DNA from: Heterodontus francisci
Lineage: Eukaryota
Assembly (NCBI RefSeq): GCF_036365525.1
Contig: NC_090411.1
Location: 26,734,819 to 26,798,818 of the forward strand
Length of the DNA: 64,000 nt
Reading direction: 5' to 3'
Shown: positions 15,175 to 36,492 of the stretch, piece by piece
Numbering within the stretch: position 1 is the first letter of the stretch
How the letters are laid out: every line of letters starts with the position of its first letter
Notes under the pieces: model-generated
The model's database searches: none
Seen by the model: the letters and a program-made list of their open reading frames with translations, nothing else
Told to the model about the DNA's origin: nothing
Translations under genes and position numbers: made by a program

Positions 15175-17665
15175 CTTTAGAGTTGCACTCATTATTTTAT
15201 GTTATCTCTGCATTTATCCAACCAAAATGAATCACTTCACACTTTGCTGCATTACATTTCATCTGTCTCTTTTCCACCCGTTCCAACAACCTATCTATGT
15301 CCTTTTGGAGTTCTATACTGTCCTCCTCATAGTTCACAATGTTTCCAAGTTTTGTATCAAATGCCAATTTTGAAATTTTGCCCTGTACGGCAAGATCGGG
15401 GTTATTAATACATATATCAGGTACAGCAGGGGTCCTAACATCGAACCTTGGGGAACTCCACTACAAACTTTCCTCCAGTCCGAAAAACATCCATTATCAC
15501 TACTCTCTGTTTCCTATCACTCAGCCAATTTCATATCCATGTTGCTACTGTCCCTTTCATTCCATGAGCTAGAGCTTTGCTCACGAGTCTGGTTTTTGGC
15601 ACTGTGTCAAATGATTTTTGGAAGTCCATGTACACCACATCAACAGCATTACCCTGATCAACCTTCTCTGTTACCTCATCAAAAACTCCAGCAAGTTGTT
15701 AAACACAATTTGCCCTTCACAAATTAGCCTTTCCATAATTAACCCACATTTGCCCAAGTAGCTATTAATTTTATCCCAAATTATAATTTCTAAAACCTTC
15801 CCACCACTGAGGTTAAACTGACTGGCCTGTAGTTGCTGGGCTTATCTTTACAACCTTTTTTGAACAATGGTGTAACATTTGCAATTCTCCAGGCCCCTGG
15901 CACCACCCCTGAATCTAAGGAAGACTGGAAAATTATGCTGCTGCAATTTCCACTCTCACTTCCCTCAGTATCCTTGGATGCATCTCATCTCGTCCTGCTG
16001 CCTTATCAACTTTAAGTACCGCGAGCCTATCCAATACCTCTTCCTTATCAATTTTAAGTCATTTAAATGCCTGAATTACTTCCTCTTTCATCATGACCTG
16101 TGCAGCATCTTCTTCCTTGGTAAAGAGAGATGCAAAGTATTCCTTTAATACCTCAGCCATACCCCCTGCCTCCATGTGTAAATCCCTTTATTAGTCCCTA
16201 ATTGGCCCCACTCCTCCTTTTACCACCCTTTTACTGTTAATGTTCCCATAGAAGACCTTTGGGTTCCCTTTATATTTTCTGCCAGTCTCTTCTCGTACTC
16301 TTTGTTGCTCTTATTTGCCTTTTCACTTCCCTTGTGAACTTTCGATATTCTGCCTGGTTCTCACCTGACATCTGTCATGGCATATTTTTTCGTCTTCATC
16401 TTTATCTTTTTCATCAACCGGGGAGCTCTGGATTTGTTTGCCCCACCTTTCCCCTTTGTGGGAATATACCTTGACTGTGCCCAAACTATCTCTTCTTGAA
16501 AGGCAGCTCATTGTTCAGTTACCATTTTGTCTGCCAATCTTTGATTCCAATTAATCTGGGTCAAATCCATTCTTAACCCAATTGAAGTTGGCATTCTCCC
16601 AATTCTTACTCTGGATTGTTCTTTATCCTTTTCTGTAGCTAACCTAAATCTTATGATACAATGATCACTATTCCCTAAACGTTCGCCAACTGACACTTGA
16701 TCCAATTGGCCCACCTCATTCCCAAGAATCAGGTCTAGCAGTGTCTCCTTTCTCATTAGACTGGAAACCATACTGCTGCAGAAAATTCTCCTGAACACAC
16801 TCAAGGAACTCTAGCCCTTCTTTTCCCTTTACATGACTACTATCCCAGTTTATATTCAGAGAATTAAAGTTCTCCATTATAACCACTCTATAATTCTTGC
16901 ACTTCTCTGCAATGTCCTTCCAAATTTGCTCCTCTACACCTTTGCTGCTATTTGATGGCCGATAAATTACACCCAGCAATGTAATTGCACTTTTTTTGTT
17001 CCTCAGCTCCAGCCGAATAGATTCGGTCCTTGACTCCTCTGGGTCATCCTTTCTCTCAGGCACTGCAATGTTCTCCTTCATCAAAACTGATACCCCTCCC
17101 CCTTTCCTTCCTTTCCTATCTTTCCTGAACACCTTATATCCAGGAATATTTAGTACCCAGTCCTGCCCTTCTTTGAGCCAGGTCTCTGTTATTGCCACAA
17201 CCTCATATTTCCATGTGGCTGGCTGTGCCTGCAGCTCGCCAACCTTATTTACACTCCGCGCATTCGCAAACAGTAAAGCCTAATTTAAATGTTATTACTT
17301 CCCCTGTTCCTCTGACTCCATCTAATAAACTTGCTATTTCTTACTCTAGTGCAATCTGTATCTTTCAATTCTCTGTGCACCTTGGTGTTCCTCTGTTGTA
17401 TTATCTCCTGGGTCCCACACCCCTGCCAAGTTAGTTTAAACCCTCCCAAATAGCACTAGCAAATCGCTCCGCATGGATCCTGTCCCAGCTCTGTTCTACT
17501 TGCCTGGCCTCTAAAGGTCCCATCTTCTCCAGATCTTGTCCCAGTGTCACAAGAATCTAATGCCTTCCCTCCTGCACCATCTTTCCAGTCATGCATTCAT
17601 CTGGTCTATTCTCTATTTCTATACTCACTTGCACTTGGTACCAGGAATAATCCAGAGATTACTAC
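15175..17665 (-). mobile_element. Old CR1 LINE upstream of type B (copy at ~40546-45247, interrupted by the RTE)
   Basis: Endonuclease fragment 16716-17198 (AITETW...GGGV...YRP), RT remnants, and an ORF1 C-terminal remnant near 17430-17660. Confidence 0.8.
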
Positions 17666-18849
17666 TTTAACTACCAGAGACTGCTACTCCTCCTGGCTGG
17701 CCTCCCATATTCTAGGAGGTCATCCAGAACTCCAGTGCCCTTGTCCTCAATCACACCAAGTCCTATTCACCCATCATGCCTATCATCGCTGACCCACATT
17801 AACCTCCTGGTTAACCAAAGCCGCTATTTCAAATTCTCACCCTTCTTTTCAAATCCTTCATATGGCCTCGCCCATCCCTATCTCTGCAATCTATCCGGCC
17901 CCACAGCCCTCGAAATATCTGCACTCCTTTAATTTTGGCCTTTGAGCATTTACAATTTTAATTGCTCCACCATTGCCAGCCGTACCTTCAGGAATTTCAT
18001 CCTTAAACATCCTCACCTCTTTACCTCTCTCTCTCTATTCCTTTAAGATACTCCTTAAAATCCAGCGGTTTGATCAAGCTTTTGTCACCTCCATTTAGAA
18101 TCATCCTCTCCTTCACTTACCTTCCGCTGCATCAAAATCATGAGGGTTCTGGACAGAGTAGATAGGAAGAAACTGTTCCCACTCGTGAAAGGATGATGAA
18201 CGGGAGGGCATAGATTTCAGGTAATTGGTAAAAGAAAATAAGGTGAGGTCAAGGTTTGGAAAGAACTGCCTGAGAGTGTGGTGGAGGTAGGTTCAATCGA
18301 GGCTTTCAAAAGGGAATTGGACTGTTATATGAAAAGGAAGAACGCGCAGGGTTACGGGGAGAAGGCGGGGGAATGGCATTAGGTGACATGCTGATTCGGT
18401 GAGCCGGTGCAGACACAATGGGCCGAATGGCCTCCTTTGATGTTGGAACAGTTCTATGATTCTGTGATTCTGCATCCTGTTGCTGCTTTCAAGCTGGGAT
18501 ATGCCCATAGAAGACGTTTGGATTCCCTTTTATATTTGCAGCCAGTCTCTCCAGCTTCGATTACCACCCCACTGTCCTCAATTGAACGATGAGTCCATCC
18601 TCTGGCTATCAATTGGCCACCCCAGGGAAAATCACAGTGAGTGACTGTTCCCCACACAGTACGGGTTCAGAAGCCAGCAGGGAAATTCCAGCCTTAAAGG
18701 TGGAGGCGAGCACAGTGAAGTCTAATTCTGTCCTCAGCCCATATCCACTCACACGTACACACGTGTTCACAAATACACACACGAACATATGCACACTCAT
18801 ACATGTGTGTGCACACAGGGGTAGCAGTGTGGATCGTCTCAGGCATTAG

Positions 18850-19045
18850 ATCTCATTCTCTATTCAAAGAAGAGCAGGGAATTTTCCTTCAGCTTACATC
18901 ACTAAAACAGACTATCTGGTGGTCATTATCATATTGCAGTTTGTGGGAGCTTGCTGTGCACATATTAGCTACCGAATTTCCTACATTACAACAGTGACTA
19001 CATTTCAAAAGTACTTCATTAGCTGCAACGTGCTTTGGGACTTTC
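18850..19045 (+). mobile_element. Deu-domain SINE remnant (SacSINE1/AmnSINE1-like; copy at ~46432-46627)
   Basis: gtttgtgggagcttgctgtgca...cctacattacaacagtgactacatttcaaaagtacttcatt matches my recall of the DeuSINE 3' region. Confidence 0.65.
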
Positions 19046-20399
19046 AGAGTTCTTCCTTTCGAGTTCTGCGACAGTCGTCTGTCTGGAAGACACAAGGGCC
19101 GGGATTTTCAATTGCCGGTTGGGTGGGGAATGAATGTGGACGCAATTTGAAAACCGTCACCTCTGAAACGCGGGACGGTGGGAGGGGGCAACGGGAAACC
19201 TTTTCGCCGACAATTAACAGCCCATTAACCTCCTTGAGGAGCTTGTTAACGGGACTGGGAGCGCGAGGAAGCAATTTTTAAAGGTTAGAGCGCCGAACTC
19301 AAACAGTCTGGTGCAGGTTATTGCACAGTCGTCGGGTCCAACGTGGGCAAAGGTGAAAATTCTTTTATTGGTGATGACAAATTTCGGGAGCTGGGGGATT
19401 TTCGCTGGATCCTGCACGTTACCTTCCATTTGGCCGTTTGGCCACTTTTCAGAGCAACAATATTCTCTGAACCAAGATTAAAAAACTCTTCTTTGAATTG
19501 ACACCGACCTGAACTACATTTGGTTGCAGTTTGCGTTCAATGCCAACTACTGTAAAAACACAGAAAAATGGTGGCTTGGAAATAACAGTGCAATATTATT
19601 GGTAAACACTTTAATTTATTCTTGAGATGTGAGACTCACTGGCAAGGCCAGCATTTATTGCCCATCTCCAACTGGTCATGAGAAGGAGCTGGTGGGACTT
19701 GTTCTTGAACCGCTTTAGTCCATGCGCTGAAGATGCTCCCATAGTGTTGGTCGGAAGGGAGTTCCATGATTTTGACCCGGTGACGATGAGGGAACGGTGA
19801 TATATGTCCAAGTCAGAATGGTGTGTGGCTCAGAGGGGAACTTGGAGGTGGTGGCGTTCCCATACACCTGCTTCCTTTGTCCTTCGGGCTGGTGGAGGTC
19901 ACATGCTAGGGAGGGGCTGTCGGAGTAGCCTTGGGGAGTTGCTGCAGTGTATCCTGTAGATAGTGCACACGGCAGCCCCAATGGAAATGGACCTTTCAGC
20001 TACCTGACATGTTGTTTTGTCTCTTAAGTTAATTGCACCAATCCACCATAACCAACTTGCCTCTCATGCCCTCATATTTACCTTTGTTCAGATTTAAGAC
20101 CTTAGTTTCAGAATAAACTGTATCTCTTTCAAACTTCATGTAGAATTCTATCATATTGTTGTCACTATTTCCCAATGGCTCCTTTACTGCGCTGCCATTT
20201 AAATGTTAGGATAAGGAGTCCCTCAGAGTAACAAACTAATGTAACTTTACAGATCTGCATCAAGCTTGTCTTCATATCTCCCCACAACTGCCAAAATGAG
20301 GTTCTGCTGTATATTTTATTGTCATTTTTAACTCGAGGCCTGTTCAAAGTTTGTACTTTTCAGGGAGGTCAAAGATCAAATAAGCTGTTACATTATGGT

Positions 20400-20644
20400 T
20401 GAATTGTCAATTAAAGGAGCCTTACCTTCAACATTCTGATTGGCTCCTGGGTCCCAAATCCAACCCTGTGTTGATTGGAATCCTTGGACATGGCAGCTGA
20501 TTAACGATGTCATTTCCTGGTTAATAAAATGGTGTTGGGATCCTGGACTATAAATTCAAGTCCTTTGACAGTGTAGTTTTATGTAGTTGGTGTTAATTTG
20601 TGATAGTTTTTTTGTTGGTGTAAATTGAAAGCTACATTTACAAA
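20400..20644 (+). promoter_or_regulatory. Putative proximal promoter and 5' UTR of ferritin B1 (copy at ~47982-48226)
   Basis: Two inverted CCAAT boxes and TATAAA at 20549-20554, 96 nt upstream of the ATG (B2: 48131-48136). Confidence 0.6.
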
Positions 20645-23784
<3,140 letters not shown>

Positions 23785-24755
23785 TGTGGCATCACAGTAC
23801 CTAACTATTTGAATGTAGACTAGTTTGTATGTCATGTGCATTTCCAACTATATGCAGATAAAATGCAGCTTTATATTTATAAAAAAAATGCTGTATCTAA
23901 AGAATTTAATTGTTCCACATTAATTGAAATAAACCATCTTCAGTTGATCTTGTCTGTATGTAGTTATACATTATCATGCATACCACTAATACTATTAAAA
24001 TTTGGCAACTTCTAGCTCAGTCATTTGAAGTCAGTTTACTTGCTGATTTCTTGCTGGTTGGTTCAGCTAGTTACAATAGTGATTTGACTGGAGAGGAGCC
24101 CAGTTGAGTATCCCATTTGGGGGGGCGGGGGGGTGAGTTGAGTTTCTTGGGCTTTGACTTGCCAATGACCAACTGTCTTCATGACATGTGGTGACATGAG
24201 CTCAAATTGTCCAGAACAAATTGACATGGGTTCAAGTACTAGACTCTTGGGGGAGGTTGGGGGTGGGGAAGATCTTGAATAAGAGTTACTATTCTACACC
24301 AAAGTGAAATGCTTTTTCTGGCCTTGGGAGGTTACAAATTCCAGGGAAGCAAGCTTTTCTTTTCCCAGTCCCTTCCCAGCTAGCCCCTCAAACATCTCAT
24401 TGGGTTGTCTTGTACTGCAAGAGACACTTTTAAAATAACTTATTTGGGGGTGGGGGGGGAAAGAAGGAAGAAAACCTTCTGTTCCCATTTCCTCATTAGA
24501 TGCTATCTTCATCTACAGATCTAAGTTGCTTTCTATCAGCTGGTTAGGAACCTGTGTCCTCAAATTATAACTGGTGTTGACTTTAGAATCTAAAGTCAAA
24601 GCAAATTGATTTGAGCCTTAAGAAGTGAACTGGCTGGCCGGACCAAGTCCAGCTCTATCAAACTATCCTGAATTTGACATCAAGCCATTGCTCTATTACT
24701 GAGTCAAAGTCTTGGAGCTCCTTAACACCGTTCTCTCTAAATTCTGGTTGCTGTG

Positions 24756-25053
24756 CAACCCCACTGCCTTGTGGGTGTTGCGGTAGAGGCCAAGGGAGTA
24801 AACCCTAACAGATATTCCGGAGTGGAACCCTGTAGGCAGTCATGTGTCACCTTTGGCATGTTTCCAGCAATTCCTGCAGCCGTACCGGTGCCAAACATCA
24901 TGCTCTGCACTCCTTTGGACCTCACCAGAAAGGCCGAGGGGGGGATTTTGACGACTGGGCAACTCTCAACCTCCATGAACTTGCCCAGGCATACGCCATG
25001 GAGAGGTCACTCCATAGTTGCCTCACAGTGACTGAAACAACACGGAAGGCAGC
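24756..25053 (+). mobile_element. Tail-less fragment homologous to the body of the RTE-tailed element (copy at ~52365-52662)
   Basis: Reverse complement of 56387-56675 at high similarity; absent from the paralogous type-A flank near 12075. Confidence 0.7.
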
Positions 25054-28000
25054 AGGCCAGTGCAAAGTCAATTATAAGGTGGCTGTGCATGCATCTATCT
25101 TAAAGGCAACATTGCTTGTGTAGCACATTCCAGGTTGCTGCACTGCTTGGAAGGACCGTTGCTCCTGACCTAACTGCAAAAGTCTCACTAGAGACAGTAG
25201 CAATTCAAGGCAGCTCACCCCTGTCAAGGGCAACTTGGGATGTGTCATAAATGTCTGTCTTCAAAAAAAAATGAATGAAATCCCATTGTTACCACAAATA
25301 CAGCAGTTTGTGAATTTAAGCATAGCAAGCTTTAATAGTCATAGTCGTACAGCATTGAAACAGGCCCTTCGGCCCACCATGACCATCATGCCAATCTATA
25401 CTAATCCCACCTGCCTGCATTAATTCCATATCCCTCTATGCCTTGCTCATTCAAGTACCTGTCCAGATGCCTCTTAAATGTCGCTACTGTTCCTGCCTCC
25501 ACCACCTCCTCAAGCAGCTCATTCCGGATACCCACCATTCTTTGTGAAAAATTTACCCCTTTGATCCCCTTTAAACCTCCTCCCTCACACCTTAAATCTA
25601 TGCCCTCTAGTTTTAGTTACCCCAACCATGGGAAACAGACTCTGGCTATCTACCCGATATATGACTCTCATAATTTTATATACCTTTATCATGTCCCCTT
25701 TCAGCCTCCTTCGCTCCAGGGAAAACAGACCCAGTTTTCCAATCTCTTTAGAACTCAAGCCCTCAAAACCAGGCAACATCCTTGTGAAATAAAAACAAGA
25801 AATGTTGGAAATATTCAGCAGGTCTGGCAGCATCTGTGGAGAGAGAAGCAGAGTTAACGTTTTGGGTCAGTGACCCTTCTTCAGAACTGGCAAATATTAG
25901 AAATTTGAAAGGTTATAAGCAAGTAAAGTGGGAGTGGGGCAAGAGATAACAAAGGAGAAGGTGTAGATAGGACAAGGCCACAGAATAGCTGACCAGAAGG
26001 TCATAGAGCAAAGGCAAACAATATGTTAATGGTGTGTTGAAAGACAAAGCATTAGTATAGATAGGGTGTTAACGGACTGAAAAATTGAACAGCAAGTATA
26101 AACATAAAAAAAAACAGTGGGTAAGCAAACTGAACAAACTAAGATGAAATAAAATAAACATACAAAGAAAAATGTAAAAATTGTAAAAAAAGAATAACTA
26201 AAAGTAAAAGTAAAATGGGGGGCCCGTCATGCTCTGAAATTATCTGAAATAGATCGAGGTTATTAATATATATATCAGGTACAGCAGGGGTCCTAACATC
26301 GAACCATGGGAAACTCCATGACAAACTTTCCTCCAGTCTGAAAAACATCCATTATCACTACTCTCTGTTTCCTATCACTCAGCCAATTTCATATCCATGT
26401 TGCTACTGTCCCTTTCATTCCATGAGCTAGAGCTTTGCTCACGAGTCTGTTTTTTGGCACTCTATCAAATGCTTTTGGAAGGCCATGTACACCACATCAA
26501 CAGCATTACCCTGATCAACCTTCTCTGTTACCTCATCAAAAACTCCAGCAAGTTGTTAACCATAATTTGCCATTCATAAAATAGGCTTTCTATAATTAAC
26601 CCACATTTGCCTAAGTGACTATAAATTTTATTCCAAGTTATCATTTCTAAAACCTTCCCAAAACTGAGGTTAAACTGACTGGCCCATAGTTGCTGGGCTT
26701 ATCTTTACAACCTTTTTTGAACAATGGTGTAATATTTGCAATTCTTCAGGCCCCTGGCACCACCCCTGAATCTAAGGAAGACTGGAAAATTATGTCTTTG
26801 CAGTTTCCACTCTCACTTCCCTCAGTATCCTTGGATGCATCTCATCTGGTCCTGGTGCCTTATCAACTTTAAGTACAGCTAGCCTATCCAATACCACCTC
26901 CTTATCAATTTTAAATCATTCAAGTGACTGAATTACTTCCTCTTTCATCATGTCCTGTGCAGCATCTTCTTCCTTGGTAAAGAGAGATGCAAAGTATTCA
27001 TTTAAAACCTCAGCCATGCCCCCTGACTCCATGTGTAAATCCCCTTTCTGGTCCCTAATTGGCACCACTCCTCCTTTCACCACCCTTTTACTATTTAATA
27101 TTAATAAGAAGACTTTTGGTTTTCCTTTTATATTTTCTGCCAGCCTCTTTTCATATTCTCTCTTTGCTTCTCTTATTTGCATGTTTCACTTCCCCTCTGA
27201 ACATTCCATATTCTGCCTAGTTCTCGGTTGTATTATGCATCTGTCATAAACACATTTTTTCTTCTTCATCTTAATCTCTATCTCTTTCATCGTCCAGGGA
27301 GCTCTGGATTTGGCTGCCCCACCATTCCCCTTCATGGGAATATACCTTGACTGTGCTCAGACTATCCCTTCTTTCAGGCAGCCCATTGTTAAATTATTGT
27401 TTTGCCTGCCAACCTTTGATTCCAATTTATCTGGGTCAGATCCATTCCTAACCCCATTAAAGTTAGCTTTCCCCCAATCATAGAAACATAGAAAATAGGA
27501 GCAGGGGTAGGCCATTCGGCCCTTCGAGCCTTCTCCGCCATTCAAAAAAGATCATGGCTGATCATCTAATTCAGTACCCTGTTCCCACTTTCTCCCCATG
27601 TCCCTTGATCCCTCTGGCATTAAGAAATATATCTATCTCCTTCTTGAATATAGTTAATGACTTGGCTTCCACTGCCTTCTGCCGTAGAGAATTCCACAGG
27701 TTCGCCACCCTCTGCGTGAAGAAATTTCTCCTCATCTCGGTTCCAAATGGCATACCCCGTATCCTGAGACTGTGACCCCTGGTTCTGGACTCCCAGTCAT
27801 CAGGAACATCCTCCCTGCATCTAGCCTGTCTAGTCCTGTTAGAATTTTATAGGTTTCTATGAGATCCCCTCTCATTCTTCTAATCTCTAGTGAATATAGG
27901 CCTAGTCGACCCAATCTCTCCTCATACGTCAGTCCTGCCACCCCAGGAATCAGCCTAGTAAATCTTCTTTGCACTCCCTCCATGGCAAGAACATCCTTCC

Positions 28001-31000
28001 TCAGATAAGGAGACCAAAACTGCCCACAATACTCCAGATGTGGTCTCATCAAGGCCCTGTATAACTGCAGTAAGACATCCTTGCTCCTGTACTCAGATCC
28101 TCTTGCAATGAAGGCCAACATACCATTCGCCTTCCTAACTGCTTGCTGCACCTGAGTGCTTGCTTTCAGCGACTGGTATACAAGGACACCCAGGTCTCAT
28201 TGCACCTTCCTCTTTCCCAATCTATCAACATTCAGATAATAATCTGCCTTTCTGTTTTTACAACCAAAGTGGATAACCTCACATTTATCCACATTGTACT
28301 GCATCTGCCATGCATTTGCCCACTCACTCAACTTGCCAAATCACATTGCAGCCTCTTTGCATCCTCCTCACAGCTCACATTCCTTTCCCGTCTTCCTGTT
28401 TCCTACTCTAATGCAAGTATCTCTTTCAATTCTCTGTGCATCTTGGTGTTCCTCTGTTCTATTATCTCCTGGTTCCCACGCCCCTGCCAACTTAGTTTAA
28501 ACCCTTCCCAATAGTACGAGCAAATCACCCAACATGGATCCTGTCCCAGTTCTGTTCAAGTGCAACCTGTCCAGCCGCTACAGGTCCCATCTACTCCAGA
28601 ACTGGTCCCAGTGTCCCAGCAATCTAATGCCCTCACTCCTGCGCCATCTTTCCAGCCACACATTCATCTGCTCTATCCTTTATTTCTAGACTCACTTGCG
28701 CTTGGTACCAGGAATAATCCAGAGATTACTACGGTAACGACCAGAGATTACCACTCCTCCTGGCTGGCCTCCCGCAATCTATCCTCCATACACCTGAGGT
28801 CATTGAGAACTCCAATGTCCTTGCCCTAATTCACTCATCATGCCTATCATCGCTGACACACATTGGCTCCTGGTTAAGCAACACCTCAATTTCAAAAGTC
28901 TCATCCTTCTTTTCAAATCCCTTCATTGCCTCTCCCCTCCATAATGCTGCAATCTCCTCCAGCCCCACAGTCCTCGAGATATCTGCACCCCTCTAATTCT
29001 GGCCTTTGTGTATCCCCAATTTTAATCGCTTAACTATTGGCGGCTGTACCTTCAGCTGCCAAGAGCCTAAGTTCTGGAATTCTCTTCTTAAACCTTCCCG
29101 CCTTTCTACCTCTCTCTCTCTCCTGCTTTGAGATGCTCCTACAAATCAGGCTCTTTGCCCAAACCTTTGTCACCTCCATTTAGAATCAGCCTCTCCCTCA
29201 CTTACCTTCAATTGCATCAAAATCATGAGGGGCCTGGACGGAGTAGATAGGAAGAAACTGTTCCCACTCGTGAAAGGATCGAGAATGAGAGGGCACAGAT
29301 TTCAAAAAATTGGTAAAAGAAACAAAAGTGACATGAGGAAAACTTTTTCACGCAGCGTGAGGTTAAGGTTTGGAAAGCACTGCCTGAGAGTGTGGTGGAG
29401 GCAGGTTCAATGGAGGCTTTCAAAAGGGAATTAGACTGTTATATGAAAAGGAAGAATGTGCAGGGTTACAGGGAGAAGGCGGGGAATGGCATTAGGTGAA
29501 ATGTTGATTCACAGAGCCGGTAAGACACGATGGGCCGAATGGCCTCCTCGGTGCTGTAACAATTGTATGATTCTGTGTTTCTGCATCCTGCTGCTGCTTT
29601 CAAGCTGGAAGGCCTCTGATTGGCCCTCCAGCTTCGACAACCCGCCTGCTGCCCTTAATTAAACGATGAGTCCATCCTCTGGCTATTAATTGTCCTTCCC
29701 AGGGAAAATCACAGTGAGTGACTGTTCCCCACACAGTGCAGGTTCAGAAGCCCGCAGAGAAATTCCAGCCTTAAAGGTGGAGGCGAACACACTGAAGACT
29801 GATTCTGGCCTCAGCTGATGTCCACTCACACGTAGACATGTGTCCACAAATACACACACTTACACGTGCAAAGTGTGGGCAGGAGGGCGGCAACAGCTCA
29901 TTAGGCTCTTTGAGGAGCTTGTTAACAGACTGGGGAAGCTAAGGAAGCAATTTTTAAAGCTTTATCGCCGAACCCAAACAGGATCTTGCACAGCCGTCAG
30001 GTCCAAAGCAGGCAGAGGTGAAAGTTCTTTTATTGGTGATGGCAAATTTCTGGAGCTGGGGGATTTTGTGCAGGATCGTGCACTTGACCGTCCATTTGGC
30101 CGTTTGGCCACTTTTGTGCTGGGTGAGGCTGCGGCCCGGCGAGGAGCTGCCTGCTCTCTTCTATAAGACAGTGGTAGGCGCCATCATGGCTGCCATCTGC
30201 AGAATCAGGACCCTGAAATTATCCAGCCTCAGGTTCCCGAAACCAATTTGAAAATTCAGCCAAAGATTTCACAGCAACAATATCCTAGGAACTGAGCTCA
30301 AAAAACTCTCTGACCTGAGCTTTCACAGTTTGCTTTCAATGCCACCTACTGTTGGTGCAGTGAACACAAAGAAAAATGGTGGCCTGGAAATAACAGTGCA
30401 ATATTATTGGGTAAACACGTTAATTTATTCTTGAGATGTGAGACTCACTGGCAAGGCCAGCATTTATTGCCCATCTCCAATTGTCCTTGAGAAGGTGCTG
30501 GTGGGACTTGTTCTTGAACCACTGTAGTCCACGTGCTGAAGGTTCTCCCATCGTGATGTTCGGAAGGGAGTGCTATGATTTTGATCCAGTGACGATGAGG
30601 GAATGGTGATTTATGTCCAAGTCAGAATGGTGCGTGACTCAGAGGGGAACTTGGAGGTGGTGGTGTTCCCATACACCTGCTTCCTTTGTCCTTCTAGCTG
30701 GTGGAGATCACATGCTCGGGAGGGGCTGTCGGAGTAGCCTTGGCGAGTTGCTGCAGTGTATCCTGTAGATAGTGCACATGGCAGCCCCAATGGAAATGGA
30801 CCTTTAGGTTACTTGACGTGTTGTTTTGTCTCTTAAGTTAATCGATTTATTTTAAATTAGTTCATGACTTCACTAAAGGACAAGACAAAGGAAGATGTTC
30901 TTAGTGTAATATTGAACAGTATAATATCCTAAACAGCAACCTGGTATTTGAAACAACTATTGAACAAAAGTAACTTGCTTCCACCAATCTGTCTTTGATC

Positions 31001-32073
31001 ATGCCTTTTAACTGACTGGTTATCTTCAATTCTCCAGGACCATACAGACCACCAATCCACTGTTGAAGGCTGTTTTAGTTTGTTTTATGTAGAGTAGGAG
31101 GAGGCTCATGTGGAGCATAATTGCCAGCATGGACCAGTTGGGCCGAGTGGCCAGTTTTTGTGTTGTACATTCAATATAATTCTATGTAAACAGTATCAGA
31201 AACTAACTCATTGGAAACATTTTTGATAGTAGATGATTGTTGATACAATTAAAGACTGAATATAGGGATAATACAATGGCAGGTACGTGATATGCATCCA
31301 GCAACTGATTCCTGGCGAGATTAGACAAGGGGGCCTGAGGCCTACCATGTAGCTGAGGTACTCAGCACTTTAGGGCATTGCTTTTCAAACTGGCCTCCCT
31401 ACAACCCAGGGAATCCTCAAGGTGATTGCAGGAGGTTCTGAATGGGTCACAACGTCATCAGATGTCAACCTATCATCAGATACCGACATTGGTTGACCCA
31501 CAAGCACATTATTTCTGTTGCTGAATACTCATAGAAAAATGTTTTCTGCAAATGATGTTTCTATTTTCCAATGGTCTTCCAGCACTGCCATTTAAAAGTT
31601 AGGATAGGGAGACCCTCAGAGTAACAAACTAATGTAACTTTACAGATCTGCGTCAAGCTTGCCTTAAAATCTCCCCATAACTGACAAAATGAGGTTCTGG
31701 TGTATATTTTATTGCCATTTGTATGTCGGGGCACCTTTCAGCATTTGCACTTTTGAGGGAAGTCAAAGATCAAATCAGCTGTTACATCATGGTTGAATTG
31801 TCAATCAAAGGAGTCTTGCCTTCAACATTCTGATTGGCTCCTGGGTCCCAAATCCAACCCTGTGTTGATTGGAATCCTTGGCCATGGCAGCTGTTCAATT
31901 GATTAACGATTGGTCGGTCATCATTGATGATGTCATTTCCTGCTTAATAAAATGGTGTTGGGGTCCTGGAGAATAAATTCAAGTCCTTTGATAGTGTAGT
32001 TTTCGATCTTTGGTGTTAATGTTAAATTTGTGATAGTTTTTTGTTGGTGTAATTTTAAAACTAAATTCTCAAA

Positions 32074-36492
<4,419 letters not shown>

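Noticed and set aside
20563-20579. CAGTGT near the type-B promoter as an IRE loop
   Set aside because: The flanks (tttga / agttt) do not pair, it lies only ~15 nt after the TATA box (probably upstream of the TSS), and type A has TAGTGT.
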